A stretch of 64,000 nucleotides of DNA from the NCBI RefSeq assembly GCF_963506605.1, contig NC_083288.1:46810001-46874000 (forward strand). Direction: 5' to 3'. The DNA is from Zootoca vivipara. Its lineage: Eukaryota. Of this stretch, positions 38,001-48,140 are shown piece by piece. The notes below the pieces were generated by a model that saw only the letters and a program-made list of their open reading frames with translations, was not told where the DNA came from and searched no databases. The translations under genes were made by a program, and so were the position numbers. Position 1 is the stretch's first letter. The number at the start of each line of letters is the position of its first letter.

Positions 38001-38845
38001 GCATTCAGAAAACAATGACCTTCCTTTCTTACAAAGAACCTTTGGGTATCAGTTTAGCATCCATTGCCCTTTCTTTCTTCCTCATCACAGCTTTGGTGCT
38101 AGGAATATTCATAAAGTACAGAGACACTCCAATAGTCAAAGCCAACAACCGGGACCTCACCTACTCTCTCCTTGTCTCTCTCCTGATCTGCTTCCTCTCT
38201 TCATTGCTATTTCTGGGTGAACCTAGCACAGTCTCCTGCCTCCTCCGGCAACCAATGTTTGATATCATCTTCTCTATAGCCGTTTCTTGTGTGTTGGCCA
38301 AAACTGTCACTGTAGTTCTAGCTTTCTTGGCCACCAAACCAGGGTCCAGCATGAGGAAGTGGTTAAGAAAAAGACTGACAAATTCCATTGTCTTTTCCTG
38401 TTCTCTTATTCAATCAACTATTTGTACTGTGTGGTTGATGACATCTCCCCCATTCCCTGAACTGGACATGCACTCTTTAACAGAAGAAATCATTGTGCAA
38501 TGTAATGAAGGCTCAGTCACCATGTTCTATTGTGTCCTGGGCTGCATGTTCCTCTTGGCCATTGCCAGCTTCATTGCCGCATTTGTAGCCCGGAAGTTAC
38601 CTGACAGTTTTAATGAAGCCAAGTTCATTACATTCAGCATGCTGCTCTTTTGCAGTGTTTGGCTGTCTTTTTTTCCAGCCTACCTGAGCACAAGAGGGAA
38701 ACACATGGTGGCTGTGGAGATCTTCTCCATCTTGTCCTCCAGTGCTGGGTTATTGGGCTGCATCTTTGCCCCTAAATGCTACATCATCATTCTGAGGCCT
38801 GAGCTGAACAACAGAGAACAACTTATTAAAAAATGTACTAAATAA
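32006..38845 (+). CDS. V2R gene C, vomeronasal type-2 receptor, 6 exons, about 868 aa, open frame, mosaic of A-type and B-type sequence
   Basis: Exons 32006-32220, 32855-33146, 34012-34851, 35423-35650, 36584-36710 and 37941-38845. GT-AG introns, 2607 nt open. Confidence 0.94.
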
Positions 38846-39994
38846 ATATTGTTTTCCCCCTCACTCTGGTAAATTATTTCCATACACTCAAAACATTTGC
38901 CATATATACAATATTAGGATTATACAATCCCCTCAGACTTCCCCCCATCTCACCCTGGTTTCCATAACAATCCTGCTAATGTTTCTAAATAGCTACGGTG
39001 GTTTTTAAGGTACTCAACAAAATTTTCCCATTCTTGTTTTAAAACTTTATTACCTTGATGTCTTTTCTCTTCGGTCATCTTTACAATTTCAGCAAAATTT
39101 TCATTTTGATAATCCACTCTCATTTTGCTGGGACCTTCTCTTCCTTCCACACGCTTTCCTAACCTTTTAAGCCCTTCTGATAGTGTTTCATTTGCACTGG
39201 TAGCCTTCAGTATGAATTGCCCCTGCAATGCACATTTTGTGGGGCTGCCCCTGGGGCTTGCTTGGAATTTGAAGCTAGTGCAAAATGCAGTGGCTCAGTT
39301 GCTGACTGGGGCAGAATTTCAGCATCAGGTTAAGGCATTATTGATGTAAGAACTGAACTGCCTGCAGATGAGGTCAAGGTGCAGCTTAGGATCAGAATAT
39401 TTAAAAGATGCTCTTCCCAAAGTGAACAACTGAATTTAAGGATACAATTTTCCTCATATTCAGTGTCCAACTATTCCTCTAGAAACTTAATGGGAAGAAG
39501 GGACTAGTCTTGAAAGTGTATTGAGCAGAAGGATGTCAATGTCCTTGGGAAGCTGGGAATGGTCTCTTGATTCCCATGCAGTGTTTTGAAGGGAGATGGT
39601 TCAATGTTTCCATGACAGAAATCTTCAGATTAGAGAGATCTGTCAAATGTTTTTCACCAATCTCCTCTCAAAAATTGCCACAGAGACTGGAAGAAACGGC
39701 CTTCATGTCTCTTCTGCAACTCTCATTTCCAATATAATGTACAACCATACTTTAAACAATTTCCTCCTTCGTTTTTATTCAGCTCTTAGAAAGGAGACTT
39801 CAACCTTTATAAAGGAATGATAGGAGAGTACAATGATTTTCATGACTTGTGCAAAATTATCTGTGAATCCCTTCCAAAAGAATCATGGGGAAAAGTGTGG
39901 CATTTCATGAGATGAAAGGGGGGATCAGATTTTACAGAGAAATGTAGACCTAAGTTTCTAATAGCAGTGTAGCACCCTATAAGATTATGGAGAA

Positions 39995-40765
39995 GCTTGC
40001 AGATCTTGAAATCCAAAACTTTCATCCCCTTCAATTGCTCTGTGCTTTGATCTGAACTAGTAAATGGGATGCAAAGGATGTGCCACAACATAGACAGCCT
40101 TGTAGGTATTCTATCTGTGGCCAGTCATGAGCACTTCACACTGAGGTCCAGGAAGGCTTTCTAGCCTCTTCTCTCCAGAACACACTTTATTATCTTCCAT
40201 TGGCACATGAAGATTTGGATATACAGTCAAATGCAAAGGGGAGGGGAAAGCCTGTATGTGGCTGCTTTCCCTGGAACTCAGGGCCATTTTTGCCCTGAGA
40301 ACTCCAGACAGGCACCATTCTTTGGTATGCTACACTTCCACCACTGCAAGGCCATAATTCAGTGGTGGAACATCTGCTCTGGAAGGCCCCAGGTTCAATC
40401 CTGGGCATCCCAAGGTAGGGTTTGGTGGGATCCTGCGTGAGGCCCTGGAGTGTTGCTGCCAACTCAGGAGAAGGAAATACGAAGCTAAGACGAGAAACAG
40501 GTCTTTTTCAGTATAAGGCGGCTTCTCTTGTTAACTGCTTGTCATGGTGGATATTGTGGTCTAACAAAAAAGAAGAAGAAATGGAATTGGGCAGGGTCAG
40601 CATAGTATAGGAGTGTAGTATATCTGAACTAGTAAATGGGATGCAAAGCATGTGCCACAAGATAGACAGCCTTGTAGATATTCCATCTGTGGCCAGTCAT
40701 GAGCACTTCGCCCTGAGGCCAGGTAAGGCTTTCCAGCCTCTTCTCTCCAGTACACACTTTATTGT
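39995..40765 (-). pseudogene. Decayed V2R exon-3 3' remnants (about 39995-40236, partly re-duplicated at about 40620-40765)
   Basis: The reverse complement reads AFDC...CSGEKRLESLPGPQCEVLMTGHR*NTYKAVYVVAHPLH...FQDLQ, with a stop and frameshifts. Confidence 0.8.
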
Positions 40766-42125
40766 TCTGCAATATATGACACAATAAAAATGAAACATTT
40801 TTCATACAAATTACTAAAGAAAATACTACATAAATACTTTGTTAGGACCTTCTCTTCCTTCCACATCCTTTTCCGGGCTTTTAAGACCTTCTGATAGTGT
40901 TTCATTTGCACTGGTAGCCTTCAGTATGAATTGCCCCTGCAATGCACATTTTGTGGGGCTGCCCCTGGGGCTGGCTTTTGCAGCTAGTGCAAAATGCAGT
41001 GGCTCAGTTGCTGACTGGGGCAGAATTTCACCATCATGTTATGGCATTATTGATGTAAGAACTGAACTGCCTGCAAATGAGGTCAAGGTGCAGCTTGGGA
41101 TCAGAATATTTAAAAGATGCTCTTCCCAAAGTGAACAACTGAATTTAAAGATGCAAATTTCCTCATATTCAGTGTCCAACTATCCCTCTAGAAGCTTAAT
41201 GGGAAGAAGGGACTAGTCTTGCAAGTGTATTGAGCAGAAGGATGTCAATTTTCTTTCAACATTTGCTGCTTTGAGTTACAAAACGAAATGGATTCACTTT
41301 GACTTTCTTGCTGGTATTCACTTGTTATGGAAGACTTTGAGCTAAATGCCACATTTTGTTCTTCTAATGCAGGCTCATCTAACAGGTAGATCATGATCTA
41401 CTGGTAGATCACTGGATGTCAGTGGTAGACCTAAACTAGATCACTGCCAGTTTTTAACTCTGTGAGTAGATCACAGTCTCTTGGGAGTTGCCCACCCCTG
41501 CTCTAATCGATAGAGCTTACATGTAGGTCTTTTTGAGAATAAACTCACAACTCAACATGTTGTTTTTTTAATAAAAACGACCCTTGGAACTGAAACTAAA
41601 TCGTTTACTGATTTTTCAACCTACAATTATTCAAATCACTAGAATGGGGAAAACCAGAGATCTGTTCAAGAAAATTGGAGATATGAAAGGAACATTTCGT
41701 ACAAAGATTACCATAATCAAGGACAAAAGTGGTAAGGACCTAACAGAAGCAGAAGACATCAAGAAGAGGTGGCAAGAATACACAGAGGAATTATACCAGA
41801 AAGATATGGAGGTCTCGTACACCCCAGGTAGTGTGGTTGCTGACCTTGAGCCAGACATCTTGGAGAGTGAAGTCAAATGGGCCTTAGAAAGCACTGCTAA
41901 TAACAAGGCCAGTGGAAGTGATGATATTCCAGCTGAACTATTTAAAATTTTAAAAGATGATGCTGTTAAGGTGCTACACCCAATATGCCAGCAAGTTTGG
42001 AAAACTCAGCAAGGGCCAGAGGATTGGAGAAGATCAGTCTACATCCCAATTCCAAAGAAGGGCAGTGCCAAAGAATGCTCCAACTACCGCACAATTGAGC
42101 TCATTTCACACGCTAGCAAGGTTAT

Positions 42126-44036
42126 TGTTATGTACTGAGCTGAATCTTAGAACAATAGGATTCAGAATCAGCGGGAGCTACCCAATCCAACTCCAGGTGG
42201 AAGTGAATCCGCAACCTGATTGGTCTGCTGGAGCAGCCAATCAGGCGGCTGGCAGAAGTGAATCTGCTACCTGATTGGCCTGTAGGAGCAGCCAATCAGG
42301 CTGCAGGCAGAAGTCAATCCATAATATAATTGGCCCAGCAGCAGCCCCGGGCCAGAATTCGCTGGCTACACAAACCGCAAACATGAACTGTCGGCCCACA
42401 AGGGGTGCCTGTTATGGGGAAGCAGGGTTGTTGTTCCCCAGCCCCTCCGCAAAAGGGTCCTCACAGCCCTACACGAGACACACCCAGGGGTAGTGAGGAT
42501 GAAGGCCCTTGCCAGGAGTTATGTGTGGTGGCCGGGGATTAACAGAGAGATAGAGGCCTGGGTCCAACACTGCCAGACCTGCCAAGAATCCCGCCCGGAT
42601 CCCCCAAGGGCCCCAGTCCAGCCCTGGGAGTCCGCCCGACATCCATGGTCACGCTTGCACGTGGACTTCGCTGGCCCCTTCCAGGGAAAAACATTCTTCA
42701 TAGTGGTGGATTCCTACACCAAATGGCTGGAGGTCGCACTGGTACCATCCACTTCTACGGCGGCAGCCATCCGGGTACTACGTAAGCTGTTTGCGACCCA
42801 CGGGCTCCCTGACACCCTCGTCTCGGACAATGGAACCGCATTCACGTCAGAGGAGTTCCAGACCTTCACAGCGCAGAACGCCATCCGCCACATCCGCTCA
42901 GCACCATTCCACCCTGCCACCAATGGCCAAGCGGAGCGCATGGTGCGGACCACCAAGGACAGCCTCCGCCGCATGACACAAGGGGACTGGGAATACCGCC
43001 TTGCCGCATTTCTTCTAGCACAGCACAGCACCCCAAGCACAACGACGGGCCGGAGCCCAGCTGAATTACTAATGGGCCGGCGCCTTGCAACTAGACTGGA
43101 CCGACTTCACCCCGACAGAGCTCAGGATGAGGTAGTGGTGGGGAAAGGCAGGAACCCCCGGACATTTGTGGCCCAGGACCCAGTGTATGCAAAGAATTTT
43201 GGGGCAGGCCCAGCATGGGTACCTGCCACAGTCACCAAGGTGACCGGTCCCGTGTCGTACGAGGTACTAACGGAAGGGGGGCAATGTTGGCGCCGCCACT
43301 GCGACCAGCTACGACGACGATTCCCAGGAGGAACCCGGGAGGAGAGCGGGACAGAGGGGTCCCAAGGGGACAGCAGGGCAGTGAGGCCTGTAGAGCGAGA
43401 GGGGTGGGCAGGGGAAGCAGAAGCAGTAGGCACAGAGGGGCGCCCCGAGGCTGGAAGGACACCGGAACCAGAGCTACAACCTAGTGGTTCAGTGGCGCCA
43501 GACCAGACAGCCCTGGCACAGCCAGCAGCCTCGGAACACGAGCCAGAACCAGAACCCCTGACCAAGGAACACCCCAGGCCACAACGCACACGGAGGCGGC
43601 CAGCAGACCTTGGGGACTACGAATGCAACTTCCCGGGCAGGACTGGAACTTAGAGGGGAGGGGTGTTATGTACTGAGCTGAATCTTAGAACAATAGGATT
43701 CAGAATCAGCGGGAGCTACCCAATCCAACTCCAGGTGGAAGTGAATCCGCAACCTGATTGGTCTGCTGGAGCAGCCAATCAGGCGGCTGGCAGAAGTGAA
43801 TCTGCTACCTGATTGGCCTGTAGGAGCAGCCAATCAGGCTGCAGGCAGAAGTCAATCCATAATATAATTGGCCCACAGGTGTAGCCCTGAAGTAGCCAAT
43901 CACGCAAGGCCCATTGTGTAAATAATGTATATAAGCAGATGGTTTGGGGAAAAGAGCCATTCGTCTTCTCTTCTCCTTGATGACTATGAGCTGAATAAAG
44001 AGCATGAAATTCACTCTTGACTCCGAGTATATTTCA
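42126..44036 (+). mobile_element. Internally deleted Ty3/Gypsy LTR retrotransposon
   Basis: TG...CA ends, 5-bp TSD GTTAT (42121-42125 and 44037-44041). Truncated 5' LTR 42126-42337, full 3' LTR 43664-44036 (373 bp). Polypurine tract AGAGGGGAGGGG at 43652-43663. Confidence 0.95.
42331..43653 (+). CDS. Gypsy pol remnant: complete integrase (HHCC + DDE) with an acidic, Pro-rich tail
   Basis: Open from 42331: WPSSS...LHETHPG...CQTCQ...RLHVDFAGP...LVSDNG...PFHPATNGQAER. First ATG at 42499 lies inside the zinc finger. Confidence 0.88.
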   Translation, partial: WPSSSPGPEFAGYTNRKHELSAHKGCLLWGSRVVVPQPLRKRVLTALHETHPGVVRMKALARSYVWWPGINREIEAWVQHCQTCQESRPDPPRAPVQPWESARHPWSRLHVDFAGPFQGKTFFIVVDSYTKWLEVALVPSTSTAAAIRVLRKLFATHGLPDTLVSDNGTAFTSEEFQTFTAQNAIRHIRSAPFHPATNGQAERMVRTTKDSLRRMTQGDWEYRLAAFLLAQHSTPSTTTGRSPAELLMGRRLATRLDRLHPDRAQDEVVVGKGRNPRTFVAQDPVYAKNFGAGPAWVPATVTKVTGPVSYEVLTEGGQCWRRHCDQLRRRFPGGTREESGTEGSQGDSRAVRPVEREGWAGEAEAVGTEGRPEAGRTPEPELQPSGSVAPDQTALAQPAASEHEPEPEPLTKEHPRPQRTRRRPADLGDYECNFPGRTGT

Positions 44037-45278
44037 GTTATGCTTAAAATTCTACAAGGCAGGCTTAGGCAGTATGTGGACCGAGAACTCCCAGAAGTGC
44101 AAGCTGGATTTCGAAAGGGCAGAGGAACCAGAGACCAAATAGCAAACATGCGCTGGATTATGGAGAAAGCTAGAGAGTTCCAGAAAAACGTCTACTTCTG
44201 CTTCATTGACTATGCAAAAGCCTTTGACTGTGTCGACCACAGCAAACTATGGCAAGTTCTTAAAGAAATGGGAGTGCCTGATCACCTCATCTGTCTCCTG
44301 AGAAATCTCTATGTGGGACAAGAAGCTACAGTTAGAACTGGATATGGAACAACTGATTGGTTCAAAATTGGGAAAGGAGTAAGACAAGGTTGTATATTGT
44401 CTCCCTGCTTATTTAACTTATATGCAGAATTCATCATGCGAAAGGCTGGACTAGATGAATCCCAAACTGGAATTAAGATTGCCGGAAGAAATATCAACAA
44501 CCTCAGATATGCAGATGACACAACCTTGATGGCAGAAAGTGAAGAGGAATTAAAGAACCTTTTAATGAGGGTGAAAGAGGAGAGCGCGAAATATGGTCTG
44601 AAGCTCAACATCAAAAAAACCAAGATCATGGCCACTGGTCCCATCATCTCCTGGCAAATAGACGGGGAAGAAATGCAGGCAGTGAGAGATTTTACTTTCT
44701 TGGGCTCCTTGATCACTGCAAATGGTGACAGCAGTCACGAAATTAAAAGACGCCTGCTTCTTGGGAGAAAAGCAATGACAAACCTAGACAGCATCTTAAA
44801 AAGCAGAGACATCACCTTGCCGACAAAGGTTCGTATAGTTAAAGCTATGGTTTTCCCAGTAGTGATGTATGGAAGTGAGAGCTGGACCATAAAGAAGGCT
44901 GATCGCCGAAGAATTGATGCTTTTGAATTATGGTGCTGGAGGAGACTCTTGAGAGTCCCATGGACTGCTAGAAGATCAAACCTATCCATTCTTAAGGAAA
45001 TCAGCCCTGAGTGCTCCCTGGAAGGACAGATCGTGAAGCTGAGGCTCCAATACTTTGGTCACCTCATGAGAAGAGAAGAATCCTTGGAAAAGACCCTGAT
45101 GTTGGGAAAGATTGAGGGCACTAGGAGAAGGGGACGACAGAGGACAAGATGGTTGGACAGTGTTCTCGAAGCTACGAACATGAGTTTGACCAAACTGCGG
45201 GAGGCAGTGCAAGACAGGAGTGCCTGGCGTGCTATGGTCCGTGTGGTCACGAAGAGTCGGACACGACTAAACGACTAA
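44004..45278 (+). CDS. Bov-B reverse transcriptase ORF (424 aa) whose first 11 codons come from the Gypsy LTR
   Basis: The ATG at 44004 lies inside the LTR (ends 44036) and is in frame with VMLKILQ. RT motifs are intact. Expression is unknown. Confidence 0.6.
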   Translation: MKFTLDSEYISVMLKILQGRLRQYVDRELPEVQAGFRKGRGTRDQIANMRWIMEKAREFQKNVYFCFIDYAKAFDCVDHSKLWQVLKEMGVPDHLICLLRNLYVGQEATVRTGYGTTDWFKIGKGVRQGCILSPCLFNLYAEFIMRKAGLDESQTGIKIAGRNINNLRYADDTTLMAESEEELKNLLMRVKEESAKYGLKLNIKKTKIMATGPIISWQIDGEEMQAVRDFTFLGSLITANGDSSHEIKRRLLLGRKAMTNLDSILKSRDITLPTKVRIVKAMVFPVVMYGSESWTIKKADRRRIDAFELWCWRRLLRVPWTARRSNLSILKEISPECSLEGQIVKLRLQYFGHLMRREESLEKTLMLGKIEGTRRRGRQRTRWLDSVLEATNMSLTKLREAVQDRSAWRAMVRVVTKSRTRLND

Positions 45279-45279
45279 A

Positions 45280-45321
45280 CAACAACAACAACATGCTTTT
45301 TCTTTTTCTTTCGTTTTTATT
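45280..45321 (-). terminator. Candidate polyadenylation site for gene D
   Basis: Minus strand reads AATAAA (45321-45316), 20 nt, CA (45295-45294), then GTTGTTGTTGTT. Confidence 0.35.
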
Positions 45322-45511
45322 CTATGTGTTTAATTTTCTTTTTTTCCTATGTAATGTTGTTATTTTTCTGAAAATCCTAATAAAAATATTTTTTAAAAAA
45401 GAAGTCAACAGAGAAACATTACAAACAGCATAGTAATTAAACATAGCAGTTAGCTCTAAAGAAGCGAACCATCCTAATCTTATCCAATGAAAATAAAACA
45501 TGAATTCTATG

Positions 45512-48104
45512 TCACACACCATTCTGGTCTGCAATCTTCCCTTCTGGACATGGAGCACAATCATAGCAGCAAAATTGCTCCCCTTCCTTCCTTTTCTTCT
45601 GATGACCAGGGGGACAGCAGTCGTTGCACACAGAAATAGGCACCACCTATCCATAAGGAGGAAAGAAAATTCAGATGGGAGCACATCTCCATTCCTCCCC
45701 GCATATATATATATTCTTTATTTGTTTTCTTTTTTGCTCTTGAACTTGAAATACTTATCTCAGAAATTTTAAATATGAACCTGTCCTATAAAAGTACAGC
45801 ACAAATCCCCGAAAAAGTGGATAAGAAAGCTGATCATTGGTACAACTGGCTGTTTTTGATTACAGAACAGTGTTTATTTTTAAAGCCTACTTGGAGATGC
45901 AGAGGGTTGAACATGGGACCATTGCATTTTTTTTTATTCAGATGAGCTTTGGCGTTTTTTTTCCAGTGGGACAGAGCCTGGAGGGCCCACAATTACAATC
46001 CAGGGATCCATGAATACCTGGTTAAAAACTTTGTGCCATGTAATCTTGTCCTCATGAATGATGAATCTTCTTGCTTCAAGGTCATCATTGTCCACTTGAT
46101 CAACTTTCACTCGAAGGAAGGACTTGTTTGGGAATGTGACTATGTTCATGATGTCAAGTGCACCTCCTGTTTGCTTTTTACCACTGAAACTCACTGTTTC
46201 TCCAGCAGAGTTGTTAAATGCAATGTCAAGAAGAAATGGGTGGAGCTAATTGCAACATAACAAGACATAAAGGGCTTAAAAACATAACATTTGCAAGTAT
46301 GGTTTAGTACAGTTCAATAATCTAAACTTTAGGAAGCCATTTAAGATAACCTGGAATGCCTTTCAGAAATTGAGCTTTTCTGATTGGCCCAAGCCTGAGG
46401 GAGGTCAAAAGGTCTCTAATACAGAGTTTGACTGATACCACCCTTTCCCCCAGTATAAGTTCTGCTGGGTTTCCGGGTCATGTGAATTATCTGAAAGGGT
46501 TTTAGAATGGAATTCTTACCATGCCTTGACCCAGCCCACAACACCATCCTGGACTCAGCCAGCTGAGGCACAAATAACATAGGATGGATGACAGATACTG
46601 GAGCATCTTCAGTTTTGTTGGGCCCATGAGGAACCTAAGGTGGCTCATCCCAAGTTTCACCCATTACAATCCACCCTCCTCCAAGAAGAAGTTGGGTTTG
46701 CATTGTACCATATTTGTGAAAAATCAGCTTTTTTGCCATCACAGATGGGCCATTAATAATGCAATGTAGATTAAATTTATTTTGAGGGGGAAAGTAAACC
46801 AGATGATATCAACATAAATTCCTGCACTGCAGAGGATTGGACTAGATAACCCTTAGAATCCCTTCTCACTATGCAATTCTATGGTTCCATGATTCTAGGT
46901 TTCTCAGGGAATAAGTTGTATTTGTGGATGGTAATCTGGGTGAAGTCTCCTTTTGGACTTCTAAGGCCATTGAATTAAGAATAATTTGATTTCAACACTT
47001 TACCTTGAAAGGTTGCAGATTCTGAAGTTCATATTTTTTCTCTTGGACCATTGCTCTTTGCTTCAATCTTGTTGAGACAATGGCATGCAAAGCATGAGCC
47101 ACAACATAGACAGCATTGTAGATACTGTAGCTGTGGCCAGTCATGCCCATTTCAAACTGAGGCCCAGGAAGGCTCATTAGCCCTTCATCCCCAGTACATG
47201 ATTCATTGACTTCCACTGTCACACTGGGGTTTGAGAATGTACAGTCAAATGCTTGCTCCCAGAAGTCCCTGAAAAAACCATCTCCTTCTGTTTTATCAGG
47301 CTTAATGCTCTGAAGAAATTCATTGAACCCTGGAGGCTCTTTCGTATGAATTGTGAAGGAAATGGAACCTTGAAAGGGCTGAAGATCTAAAAGCTTTTGC
47401 AAACCCACTAATATGAAATCCATCTGGGTTGTGATGATCCACACCTTTCTAAATGATGAGCTTCTCTTCTTTCCAGAATCTCCTAGAAATAGTACTCCCA
47501 TCCATATAAGGGTTAAAGATTCTCCAAAGATTATACATGCACTGACTTTATCATCTGTTAAAGAGAGATAAATATCGAAGAGCACATCAACTGTTTCACT
47601 AAACGTATCTATATTGGCTACGTGCGGTATTTTTTGTGTGAAGGATGAACAGATTCCATGCCTAGAAAGCAATGGTTCCAGAGTCTGCAAGAAATTTTCT
47701 CCACCATCACCTTCCACAACAAAAAGTCCAACCCATGTCCATCCAAAATGCTGTAGTAAGCTGATGATCCCCATATTCTGATGGCTGTCATTGGGAACCA
47801 TGCGGTAAAATGAAAGGAACTTGTCTGCATCACTCTCCCCTGGAGGAAATGACCCATATGTGAGCTAAAAGGAAGTGTACAAACATGATAGCGTTACATA
47901 TGGATGAACCTTCATTTTGATCCTGTGCCTGTTCATTCATTCATTCAACAAAGGTTAAGTCAGAGCCATCCATAGGTTCAAGGACAGTTCAACCCAAGGA
48001 TTTTTCTAGATGGTTTTTTTCTATTGTTATGGTGATATTAAGAAATCTGAATATTTTCCTTCACCCTTCATATTATATTTGTGTGTGTGTGTGTATTATA
48101 TGGA

Positions 48105-48140
<36 letters not shown>

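Larger units (their letters stand above)
41641..45292 (+). mobile_element. 5'-truncated Bov-B (RTE-clade) LINE, interrupted by an LTR element
   Basis: Both parts are stop-free: 41641-42125 (RMGKTRDLFKKIG...NYRTIELISHASKV) and 44042-45278 (MLKILQGRL...FIDYAKAFD...RQGCILSP...LRYADD). (AAC)n tail at 45278-45292. No TSD is visible. Confidence 0.95.
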
